35,904 bases of DNA from an uncultured Gammaproteobacteria bacterium (GTDB taxonomy: Bacteria > Patescibacteriota > Patescibacteriia > Patescibacteriales > UBA12465): assembly GCA_964599385.1 (NCBI GenBank), contig CAZREL010000004.1, positions 1 to 35,904 on the forward strand, given 5' to 3'. The notes below the pieces were generated by a model, which saw only the letters and a program-made list of their open reading frames with translations, was not told the DNA's origin and did not search any database. Position numbers and translations under genes: made by a program. Positions within the stretch are counted from its first letter, which is position 1. Each line of letters begins with the position of its first letter. This document shows, one piece after another, positions 8,929-16,690 of the stretch.

Positions 8929-9885
8929 TTAAAGCTTTCTTTCATCGTGTATTTTTCGGTGTAGATCTCGGAGTTGTTTGTTTGTAACATGAGTATATAT
9001 TTGGGTTGTCGCAATATTGCTGTGGCCCAAAAATTCCTGGACAGTTCTTAAGTCTACGCCGGAATTAAGCAGATCTGTGGCGAAAGAGTGTCTTAGAGTG
9101 TGAGGCGTGGCCATAACCGGCAAGCCCGATATTATGACATATTTTTTCACTATATCTTCAATGCTTTTAACGGTTAAACGCCTGGAATAACTGCTGTTAT
9201 CCGCCCCTCGCTTAAAATTGATGAACAAAGACTCATCAAAGTCTTTTCTGGCCTGTAGGTAGGCTTGTAGAGCCTTTACAGAGCGTTTAGAGAAGTATAT
9301 CGTTCTTATTTTGCCGCCTTTGCCGACAATAGCCGTTTCAATATCAGAAATATCTTTTATTTTTATTTGGTCGCGATTTAAAGCGGCCAGTTCGGCAACG
9401 CGCAAACCGGTAGAGAAGAGGGTCTCTAAAATTGCCTTATCGCGCAAGCCGATAATATTGCTTGTGTCGGGAGAATCAAGTAAGCGCGACAATTGATCAA
9501 GCTTTAGAAATTTAATTTCTTTGTCGGCTTTGTCTTTGGCCAATTTAACTTTTGATGGCGGCAGGGAAGCGATATTTTTTTCTACGAAAAATTCCAATAA
9601 AGATCGCAAGGCGATAAGATAATAATTTTGAGTTGTCTTTTTTAAATTTTTTTGTGAGCGTCTATCTATGTGGCGTGATAAATAAACTTTGTATTGCCAA
9701 ATATCATCGGCAGACAGGGAAGAGGGTTTTAAGTTTTCCCTGCCGCTTCCCTCTAACCAATTAAAAAATTTGCTTAAGAACCTGGAATAGTTCTCCTGTG
9801 TCTTAGATGATAGGCCTTTTTCAATCTCGCAATAATCTAAAAAGTCGGTTAGGTATTTGGCAATCGGTTTTTCTGTAAATTTCAT
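8929..9885 (-). CDS. Tyrosine recombinase, XerC/XerD family
   Basis: 318 aa. N-terminal SAM-like core-binding domain. The catalytic R...K...H-x-x-R...H...Y set is visible (GLRVAEL; HTLRHSFATDLL; LGHSNIATTQIYTHV). Confidence 0.9.
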   Translation of the reverse strand: MKFTEKPIAKYLTDFLDYCEIEKGLSSKTQENYSRFLSKFFNWLEGSGRENLKPSSLSADDIWQYKVYLSRHIDRRSQKNLKKTTQNYYLIALRSLLEFFVEKNIASLPPSKVKLAKDKADKEIKFLKLDQLSRLLDSPDTSNIIGLRDKAILETLFSTGLRVAELAALNRDQIKIKDISDIETAIVGKGGKIRTIYFSKRSVKALQAYLQARKDFDESLFINFKRGADNSSYSRRLTVKSIEDIVKKYVIISGLPVMATPHTLRHSFATDLLNSGVDLRTVQEFLGHSNIATTQIYTHVTNKQLRDLHRKIHDERKL

Positions 9886-9917
9886 AGCTCCGCGATAATT
9901 TTTATTTTCATTCGGGG

Positions 9918-9930
9918 AATACTTCGCATA
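9918..9930. repeat. Copy A of the 13-nt direct repeat AATACTTCGCATA (left arm of the dif-like site)
   Basis: Exact 13-nt match to 10030-10042. Similarity resumes as TTAAT after a 7-nt indel. Copy A lies 4 nt downstream of the predicted xer -10 box. Confidence 0.7.
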
Positions 9931-9933
9931 TTA

Positions 9934-9962
9934 ATTATATCACACATTACCTTTAATTGAAA
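9934..9962 (-). promoter_or_regulatory. Putative xer promoter with extended -10
   Basis: The minus strand reads TTTCAA, 17 nt, then TGaTATAAT (extended -10; TATAAT is the complement of 9934-9939). It is ~50 nt upstream of the xer ATG at 9885. Confidence 0.4.
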
Positions 9963-10004
9963 AAGACATTAAATAGGGCATATATTGGCTTATTTTAAAT
10001 AAAA

Positions 10005-10023
10005 AGGATGTATGGTACATCCT
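10005..10023 (-). terminator. Intrinsic terminator closing the long minus-strand array (fdx to ftsQ)
   Basis: Perfect 8-bp stem AGGATGTA / TACATCCT with loop TGG. On the minus-strand RNA it is followed by UUUUUAUUU. Confidence 0.6.
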
Positions 10024-10029
10024 CTATAT

Positions 10030-10042
10030 AATACTTCGCATA
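10030..10042. repeat. Copy B of the 13-nt direct repeat AATACTTCGCATA
   Basis: Exact match to 9918-9930. It forms the left arm of the dif-like site. Confidence 0.7.
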
Positions 10043-10060
10043 ATGTATATTAATCCACCT
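10033..10060. other. Candidate dif-like Xer recombination site
   Basis: ACTTCGCATAA-TGTATA-TTAATCCACCT. Nucleotides 10037-10052 (CGCATAATGTATATTA) are identical to 16 consecutive nt of E. coli dif (GGTGCGCATAATGTATATTATGTTAAAT). The right arm diverges. Confidence 0.4.
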
Positions 10061-10126
10061 ATAACCTAAATTAAATAAGATACGGCTTTTCTTTTTTATT
10101 TGTGCCTTATCTTTCCTTTAAGCTGT

Positions 10127-10279
10127 TTAATTTAGATTAAAGCTCATGGCAACACCCATGAAGTTTATCTCGGGAAAAAATAGTAAGAATATTTTGATGA
10201 TCAAAATAAAAAATCCGATTGATATCAAAGAAAACATGAACACGCCTAAACCAAATAAAAATTTAAATAGTCCTTCCAT
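10127..10279 (-). CDS. Possible 50-aa hydrophobic mini-protein downstream of ftsQ
   Basis: My translation is MEGLFKFLFGLGVFMFSLISIGFFILIIKIFLLFFPEINFMGVAMSFNLN*. It has one clear TM-like stretch and starts 10 nt after the ftsQ stop. There is no obvious SD, and it is below the ORF-track cutoff. Confidence 0.3.
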   Translation of the reverse strand: MEGLFKFLFGLGVFMFSLISIGFFILIIKIFLLFFPEINFMGVAMSFNLN

Positions 10280-10288
10280 ATGATTTTA

Positions 10289-11179
10289 TCATTTTATAAT
10301 GTTTTCCGGGCTGAAATACAGCTTATCGCCGTAGCGAAGATCTATATAATCAAGCTTATTAAAATTATCCTTTATTTTGGTGTTTTTGACAAGAATTAAT
10401 CGCTCTATCTGTTCCCTGGCCCCATCTTTGACATTTATGAAAATTTGTGGTCCATCCTTAATTTTTACAAAAACCGAATTAAAATATTGATCGGAAATAA
10501 TAAACTTATCTATTAGCAGCTCGGGATAGGCGTCTAATTCTTTTTTTAATGCAAAAATAAAATTTAGATAATCGGCACTTAAATCCAGTGATTTATTTTC
10601 CTTAACCAAGCTGATCGAGTTTTTGTTTTCTATTGTAAAATATTTAGCGGCCTCTTCCCTGTCTGCGCCGGACAAATCAGCTTCTTTTATAAGATAATTA
10701 TCGGAAGATGAGAAGAAACTTTTTCCGTTTTCTTGATATATGAAAGAATAGGGTCGTTCGCTTATTTCAATTTTTATTGTATTTGGCAGATTTTTCCTGA
10801 TTTTTACATCAGCCAGACTGAATTTTTCTTTAATAAATAAAGCATTTTCTTCTGTTTTAAAAAGAAAAATATTGCTGCGTTTGAAGATAAGCATAGCGCT
10901 TTCTTTTTCATTCTCGGTGATAATGTTGTTTATTTCCGAACTATCAAAGCGCGTTAAGCCGCTTATTTCCAAAGATTTTATTTTCCACAGTGGCGCGGCA
11001 AATAAGAACCAAATTATAGCGCTTATTGCCATTAAAACCAAAACTACTATCAATTTGCCAAAACGCTTTTCTTTTCCCGAGTTTCTTTGTCTGAAAAAGG
11101 GATTTTTAAGATTTTTACACTGATAGTCTTTTTTTAATTTTTTCTTTTTTGCGGAATAAACTTTGTTTTTTGGCATCAT
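10289..11179 (-). CDS. ftsQ: Cell division protein FtsQ/DivIB-like (POTRA domain)
   Basis: Basic N-terminus and a single TM helix (LIVVLVLMAISAIIWFLFAA). This is followed immediately by a POTRA-type segment (WKIKSLEISGLTRFDSSEI) and a beta-rich periplasmic domain. Start overlaps the alr stop. Confidence 0.7.
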   Translation of the reverse strand: MMPKNKVYSAKKKKLKKDYQCKNLKNPFFRQRNSGKEKRFGKLIVVLVLMAISAIIWFLFAAPLWKIKSLEISGLTRFDSSEINNIITENEKESAMLIFKRSNIFLFKTEENALFIKEKFSLADVKIRKNLPNTIKIEISERPYSFIYQENGKSFFSSSDNYLIKEADLSGADREEAAKYFTIENKNSISLVKENKSLDLSADYLNFIFALKKELDAYPELLIDKFIISDQYFNSVFVKIKDGPQIFINVKDGAREQIERLILVKNTKIKDNFNKLDYIDLRYGDKLYFSPENIIK

Positions 11180-12327
11180 ATAACTTCTCGTCGAATTGAT
11201 TGGTTGAATCTGATTAAATTTTCATAAATACTAGTTTGGGATATTTCGGAAAGCTTGGTAAGACTATTATTATCTTCTTTTAGGCTGGATATGATTTGGA
11301 CAATGTCATTTTCAGCGGCGACGTTGCCACCTAAATTTAGGCAGCTTAAATTCATGCAAACTCGGCCGGCTATCTTGGCATAAAAACTATTTTTATCATG
11401 GAAAACCTTGACCGTACCGCAGTTAGACAATCTTCTGTCCAGACCTTCAAAATAGCCGAAAGGTATAATGCCTATTGTCGATCCTTCAGCGCTTTTGTAT
11501 GCCTCATTATAGGAAACGCTTTCTCCTGATTCAATTTTTTGAATAGTCATTAACTTGGAAAACACTTCTAAAGCCGGCTTTAAATTTTTTGTTTTTTCGC
11601 TTATTTCATTAACCATTGTTCCATTAAATGGGCTATAGCCATAAAAAGCCAGGCCGGGACGAAACGCGTTCAATCTCTGGTCGTTTAAGGTAAAAAGTCC
11701 GGCAGAATTACCTATGTGTATGTGTTTTGGATTAAAACCGGCGGCCTTAAGCTTATCAAGAGCCGTAAAAAAGCTTTCTTTTTGTTTGTTGTTTAATTCC
11801 GATTCCTCATCGGCCGAGGCAAGATGAGAACAAAAACCCACGACATCAACCTTATCCAGCAGCGCCTTGTTTTCATTTATAAATAAATCGATATTCTTAA
11901 TCCCCTCCCTATTCATTCCGGAATTGAAGAATAAATGTATTTTAGCATTTTTACCGTAGCGAGATAAATACTCCAAAACTTCGGTTGTATAGACTGCGAA
12001 TTCGGTTCTTTTTAGTTTAGTATAGGAGTAAGCCTTAAGCGGCATTTCTCCGATTATTAGAACTTTGCCGTGAAAATATTTGTAAACAATTTGTGCTTCC
12101 GGGTAAGAATCAACCGCGACCATTTTGGCGGAGCTTTTATCGAGTATCCGGCAAACTTCTTTTAATCCGTGTCCATAAGCATTTGATTTTAAAACCGGAA
12201 AAATATCGGCACCCTTTTTAAGTTCCGATAGGTAAGAAAAATTAGCCAATAAATTATCAGCTTTTATTTTTATGACATTTAAAGTGTCGTATTTCGGTTT
12301 GATTATTTGTTTTATGTATTTAATCAT
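11176..12327 (-). CDS. alr: Alanine racemase
   Basis: PLP-lysine motif PVLKSNAYGHGL, and C-terminal VSYNEAY and IPFGYFEG motifs. I place the start at the internal ATG (12327, MIKYIKQ...). The 41 upstream codons of the tracked ORF overlap the preceding gene and are not alr-like. Confidence 0.9.
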   Translation of the reverse strand: MIKYIKQIIKPKYDTLNVIKIKADNLLANFSYLSELKKGADIFPVLKSNAYGHGLKEVCRILDKSSAKMVAVDSYPEAQIVYKYFHGKVLIIGEMPLKAYSYTKLKRTEFAVYTTEVLEYLSRYGKNAKIHLFFNSGMNREGIKNIDLFINENKALLDKVDVVGFCSHLASADEESELNNKQKESFFTALDKLKAAGFNPKHIHIGNSAGLFTLNDQRLNAFRPGLAFYGYSPFNGTMVNEISEKTKNLKPALEVFSKLMTIQKIESGESVSYNEAYKSAEGSTIGIIPFGYFEGLDRRLSNCGTVKVFHDKNSFYAKIAGRVCMNLSCLNLGGNVAAENDIVQIISSLKEDNNSLTKLSEISQTSIYENLIRFNQSIRREVI

Positions 12328-12331
12328 TTTT

Positions 12332-13366
12332 TTATTCTTTGGCCGGCAGCACTTCCCCGTTATTCGGGTTAATTTGATCCCTGATAATATCGGTGCTGAT
12401 ATTTGATAAATTATCGGAAATTTCCAATTGAGTGTTTTCATCAATGGCAAAATATTTTATGTTATCAATCATTATTGGTTTTGAAGCAACCTCATTTTCT
12501 TCCGGTAAAAACATTATTTCTATTCCTAAACGATGTTTGTCTTCCCCGGAAATAATCCCCGGAATATGCCAGGTAATTTCTTTATTTTCTGGGTTGTAAC
12601 TTAGTTTTCCCGATAACAAGGAATAATTATTTGAAAAATCGGTGTTTTGATTCAAATGCGCCTTGAGAGTGAAATCCGAGATATCGCCGAAAGTTTTTAT
12701 ATCAAAGAAAGCCCAATAGCTTGTCGGTTCTCCAACAACGGGAGGCAGAGGTCCCAAACCGAGTTTATCGCCTTCAGGAGTGTTGTAAAGAGCGAAGGCT
12801 TCAGCTTCGATAAAGGCTTGCAGTTTTATTTCCGGTAAAGAAAATTCTTCTCGAATCTTTTTGCCGAAAACTTCATATTCTATAGCGGCTTTGAGATTAA
12901 CGTTTAATTTTTCTTTTGGTACCTCGATTTTTATACTTTGCTCAATAGTTTTATCTTCACCTTGAGCAAGGGCTCCAATTTTTATTTCCTGTCCGTTTAA
13001 AATGTTTGTGTTTTTTTCGTATAAAGAAATTTTTAAGTTGTTTATATTGTATGGAGCGGTATTTTTTAAATTTACAGTCAGAGTGTCTGTCATGTTCGAC
13101 CTCTCCATTAAATTATTTTTCCAACTAAAAGAAGCTGCAATCATTGATTTTGAGAGATCTATTTTTTTCGGATCAATCAAATTTGATATTTGATTATTGC
13201 CCGGCCGGAAAACAATTGTTTCCGGTTTTTTTAGCTTATGAAGACCGTACCAAACGGTTGTGATAACCATAAATAGCAGAAATAAATCCACAATCACAAA
13301 TAGATACGATTTTTCATATCTCTTTAGCATTTTTTTAATCAGGCGAGTTGTTGCTGATTTTAACAT
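12332..13366 (-). CDS. Membrane-anchored hypothetical protein (N-terminal TM, beta-rich ectodomain)
   Basis: 344 aa. Basic N-terminus, one TM helix (YLFVIVDLFLLFMVITTVWYGL), and no recognisable motif. The start lies 1 nt after the upstream stop, which suggests tight coupling. Confidence 0.55.
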   Translation of the reverse strand: MLKSATTRLIKKMLKRYEKSYLFVIVDLFLLFMVITTVWYGLHKLKKPETIVFRPGNNQISNLIDPKKIDLSKSMIAASFSWKNNLMERSNMTDTLTVNLKNTAPYNINNLKISLYEKNTNILNGQEIKIGALAQGEDKTIEQSIKIEVPKEKLNVNLKAAIEYEVFGKKIREEFSLPEIKLQAFIEAEAFALYNTPEGDKLGLGPLPPVVGEPTSYWAFFDIKTFGDISDFTLKAHLNQNTDFSNNYSLLSGKLSYNPENKEITWHIPGIISGEDKHRLGIEIMFLPEENEVASKPIMIDNIKYFAIDENTQLEISDNLSNISTDIIRDQINPNNGEVLPAKE

Positions 13367-13367
13367 A

Positions 13368-15404
13368 TTAGTATGGGCTTTTTTGGCCGATAATTATTTC
13401 TGCTATGCCATTACCGTCAATATCGGCAAGAGTGGCTTTAAATTCGCCATTTTTCTTTTTATCAAAAGCGAAAAAGCTGCCAAGAAGTTTTCCGTCTCCA
13501 TTAAATATTTTAACTTGCGAAGCGCCGCCGTTAGCGGGCACTGTGACAATTTCCGGTATGCTGTCGCCGCTTATATCTCCAACCGCAATACTGATTCCAC
13601 CGGAAAAGTTTTCTCCATAAGAGAAAAATTTCTTTTTTAATTTTCCGTCAAAGGAAAATATTCTTATCTCCGATCCGCCCTTCCCTGGAGCGCTGATAAT
13701 TTCATCCACGCCGTCTCGATCGACATCGGCCATAGCAACATTAACTCCGCCGCGCAGCTTTTTGTCATAGGCAAAAAAGTTGGATTTCATGTTCCCGTAA
13801 GAATCGTAGATTAATATTTGCGGACCGCCGCCCACTCCGGCCGCAAAAGCCAATCTTTCCGCTCCGGCATCGTTTCCTTGAACCGCTAAATTAATACGCC
13901 CCTTAAAATTACCGAAAGCTTTAATTGTTTTTGTTTGTCCGTCTTTTTCCATTACAACGTTTCCTCCGTTTGAATATAAGGCGCTTAAGCCGATAGTGCT
14001 ATCCGATAAAAATAATTCCGCATCTCCGGGATAAGCGGCGGCGAAAGAAAATGAAGAATTTTTTACCTGCTGTCCTTTGTTATTAAAATATCTGTAAAAA
14101 TAACCGTTGGTAAAAGTCGCATTTTTAATTGCCGTGTCGCTTCTTTTTAAAAGTATGGCGCTGTTTGGAGCAAGTTTTATAAAATTAATTCTCTCTCCGC
14201 TATTAAAAGAGCTGTCCTGGAATCCTTGAAATTTTGACATTGTTTCCTTTGAGAAAATATAGCTTTGCGTCTTATTGCTTGAATTTAGAAAAACGCTGCC
14301 TTTGGAGAAATCCCGACGCCATAATCCGGGAGTAATTGTGCTATTGTTTGTCAAAATATTATATGCCGGCAATTTGGAAGTCCCGAGATCAAAGTCATAT
14401 TCGTCATACCACCAAGTTTGTCCATGATCGTTAACGCTTGAATCATAGCTAAAGTATCCGTCGCCCAGTAAAGCGCTGGCTAAGCCAAAACGCATCAGAG
14501 AATAATTGTCTTGCGATCCGTTATAAACATTAATAATATTTAAGGTTGGTTTTTTATTCACTTGAGGAAGTTTTAAATATGTTTGCATCGATCCGGACCA
14601 AGTTCCGCCGTTTTCCCAGGAAGACGGAAAACCTTCAAGCATCATGCCGTTTAATTGTGTTTGATATGGCCAGTGAACTCGGCCATTGCCAACAACAATA
14701 AAATTTTCTCCGCTTAATTCTTTTGTTTTTTTGATAATTTTTTGAAAGCCGTTTTCCCAAAGTTCATTCGCTTTATTGACGCTATCTTTAACTCCGTCAT
14801 TATCTAAATCTAAATTACCGCTATTAACCCAGGCAACGTCCCCCCAAGCGTTGTCATAGAATACGCCATCCCATAAATTGCTCGATTTTATTTTTTCCGC
14901 TATAAAAGCCGGGAGATAATCATTGAAGCGTTGCCCTAAATTGTTTTTTGGCGCTCCATCGCTAACATTTAAAAGATATGTTCCCGGCCAATTGCTGACT
15001 TTATTGCCGTTTCCATCTTTAACATACCAACCTTCGTAAATACCTTCCTTTAACTCCGGTCTAAGCCAAGCTAAGTTGTCATAGATAAAGTCATCCATTA
15101 TTTCTTGAGATGTTATATAGGCCAATATAATGACATCGGGATTTAAATCTCTGATTTTTTTTATTTGCTCCGGGCTGTTTTCTTGTACTTCCATATCAAG
15201 AATAAGCAAATCCCATTTGGATAATTGTATAGCCTCATCGTCGTCAATTTCCCAGTGCAGAAAATAATTAGCCAGGCGAGGAAAAGAATTTCCGGAAGTT
15301 GCCGCTTGAGAACACAAGGGGGTTAATATCAGGAAACTAAAAAAAATGATGGTAATTTTTTTGAAAAAAGCTGGCATTTTTCCTAATTTATTTTTTTGCT
15401 TCAA
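13368..15404 (-). CDS. Secreted protein: putative glycoside-hydrolase-like TIM-barrel (GH114/GHL15-like) N-domain plus C-terminal FG-GAP/integrin-alpha-type repeats
   Basis: Signal peptide (ITIIFFSFLILTPLCSQA/AT). The N-domain pattern PRLANYFLHW..., WDLLILDME..., NPDVIILAYI resembles GHL15/GH114. The C-terminus has at least three FG-GAP repeats (DVDRDGVDEII, DISGDSIPEIV, DIDGNGIAEII). An alternative start at 15377 (MPAFF...) would avoid overlap with serS. Confidence 0.65.
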   Translation of the reverse strand: MKQKNKLGKMPAFFKKITIIFFSFLILTPLCSQAATSGNSFPRLANYFLHWEIDDDEAIQLSKWDLLILDMEVQENSPEQIKKIRDLNPDVIILAYITSQEIMDDFIYDNLAWLRPELKEGIYEGWYVKDGNGNKVSNWPGTYLLNVSDGAPKNNLGQRFNDYLPAFIAEKIKSSNLWDGVFYDNAWGDVAWVNSGNLDLDNDGVKDSVNKANELWENGFQKIIKKTKELSGENFIVVGNGRVHWPYQTQLNGMMLEGFPSSWENGGTWSGSMQTYLKLPQVNKKPTLNIINVYNGSQDNYSLMRFGLASALLGDGYFSYDSSVNDHGQTWWYDEYDFDLGTSKLPAYNILTNNSTITPGLWRRDFSKGSVFLNSSNKTQSYIFSKETMSKFQGFQDSSFNSGERINFIKLAPNSAILLKRSDTAIKNATFTNGYFYRYFNNKGQQVKNSSFSFAAAYPGDAELFLSDSTIGLSALYSNGGNVVMEKDGQTKTIKAFGNFKGRINLAVQGNDAGAERLAFAAGVGGGPQILIYDSYGNMKSNFFAYDKKLRGGVNVAMADVDRDGVDEIISAPGKGGSEIRIFSFDGKLKKKFFSYGENFSGGISIAVGDISGDSIPEIVTVPANGGASQVKIFNGDGKLLGSFFAFDKKKNGEFKATLADIDGNGIAEIIIGQKSPY

Positions 15405-16665
15405 TTTTCGACAAAGCGTTCGGCATATATTGCCTTAAGGCTTCCGGGATTGATATCGATCCGTCGGCATTCTGGAAATTTTCCATAATGGCTATTAGGC
15501 ATCTGGTTACGGCTACGGCTGTTCCGTTTAAGGTATAAACAAAATCCTTATCGCCATTTTCTTTTTTGTATTTGATGTTTAATCCGCGGGACTGGTAATC
15601 TGAACAATTTGATGTTGAAGTAACTTCAGCCCAATCGCCGTCACCTCCTTCGGAATTTGGCTTGCCCGGCATCCAAGCTTCTAAATCATAAGTTCTTATT
15701 GAAGGCGCTCCTAAATCCGCCGTACAATGATCAATGACTCGAAAAGACAATCCCAAACCGCTAAAAATTTCTTTTTCGATATCAAGCAATTCTAAATGAG
15801 CCTTTTCAGCTTCTTCCGGTTTTACATATTGGAACATTTCAATTTTAGTGAATTGGTGGACTCGGAATATGCCTTTGGAGAATTTAGAATAAGACCCTGC
15901 TTCTGTGCGGAAGCAATGAGAAACGGCAACATATTTTTTTGGTAATTCCATTTCTTCAAAAATTTCGTCTTTATGGTAACCGCCCATAGTTATTTCCGCC
16001 GTACCGATTAAACATAAGTCGGAATTTTCAATGCTATAAACTTGAGTCGATTCTCCTCGCGGGTTGAATCCAAGGCCTTCCAATACTTCTCTTTTGGCTA
16101 AATCAGGAGTTGTAAAAGGGGTGAAGCCTCTTCTAACAAGTATGCCTAAGCAATATTGTATTAAAGCGAATTCCAGAAGAGCTAATTCGTTTTTTAGATA
16201 ATAAAATTTGGCGCCGCTAACCTTGGTAGCTCTATCAAAATCTATTAAATCCAATTTTGCGCCAAGTTCGACATGGTCAAGCGCTTTAAAATCAAAATTG
16301 CGCTTTTCTCCAAAGTATCCCAAAATTGGGTTATCATCTTCATTTAAACTGACTTTCACGTCTGGATGCGTTAAATTGGGAATGCTTAGATGCATCTTTT
16401 TGAATAAGCTTTCTTTTTCCGATAGATTATCTTCGTCTTGCTTTAAGCTTTCGCCTAAAGATTTCATTTTGGCGATTATTTCTTGATCCGGCTTTGTTTT
16501 AGAGAAGCTATTTCTTTCGGCTCGACCGTTTTCAATTTTTTTCTTTAAGGCCCTTATTTCGCTATCAAGAGACATAAAAGCATCCATATCGATAGGAGCC
16601 AGGCGATCACGGCAATTTTTAGCGACCAATTCCTGGTTTTCTCTGATAAATTTTAAATCCAGCAT
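15388..16665 (-). CDS. serS: Serine--tRNA ligase
   Basis: 425 aa. N-terminal coiled-coil arm (MLDLKFIREN...) and class II motifs (FRTEAGS..., GTAVAVTRCLIAIMENFQ). Confidence 0.95.
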   Translation of the reverse strand: MLDLKFIRENQELVAKNCRDRLAPIDMDAFMSLDSEIRALKKKIENGRAERNSFSKTKPDQEIIAKMKSLGESLKQDEDNLSEKESLFKKMHLSIPNLTHPDVKVSLNEDDNPILGYFGEKRNFDFKALDHVELGAKLDLIDFDRATKVSGAKFYYLKNELALLEFALIQYCLGILVRRGFTPFTTPDLAKREVLEGLGFNPRGESTQVYSIENSDLCLIGTAEITMGGYHKDEIFEEMELPKKYVAVSHCFRTEAGSYSKFSKGIFRVHQFTKIEMFQYVKPEEAEKAHLELLDIEKEIFSGLGLSFRVIDHCTADLGAPSIRTYDLEAWMPGKPNSEGGDGDWAEVTSTSNCSDYQSRGLNIKYKKENGDKDFVYTLNGTAVAVTRCLIAIMENFQNADGSISIPEALRQYMPNALSKIEAKK

Positions 16666-16690
16666 ATATTTAGGTTTTTTTAAATCTTTA

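Noticed and set aside
12328-12450. A 41-codon N-terminal extension of the alr ORF (MPLMKTLNW...).
   Set aside because: It overlaps the 3' end of the upstream gene by >100 nt and has no alanine-racemase similarity. The internal ATG at 12327 gives a normal Alr N-terminus directly after the upstream stop.
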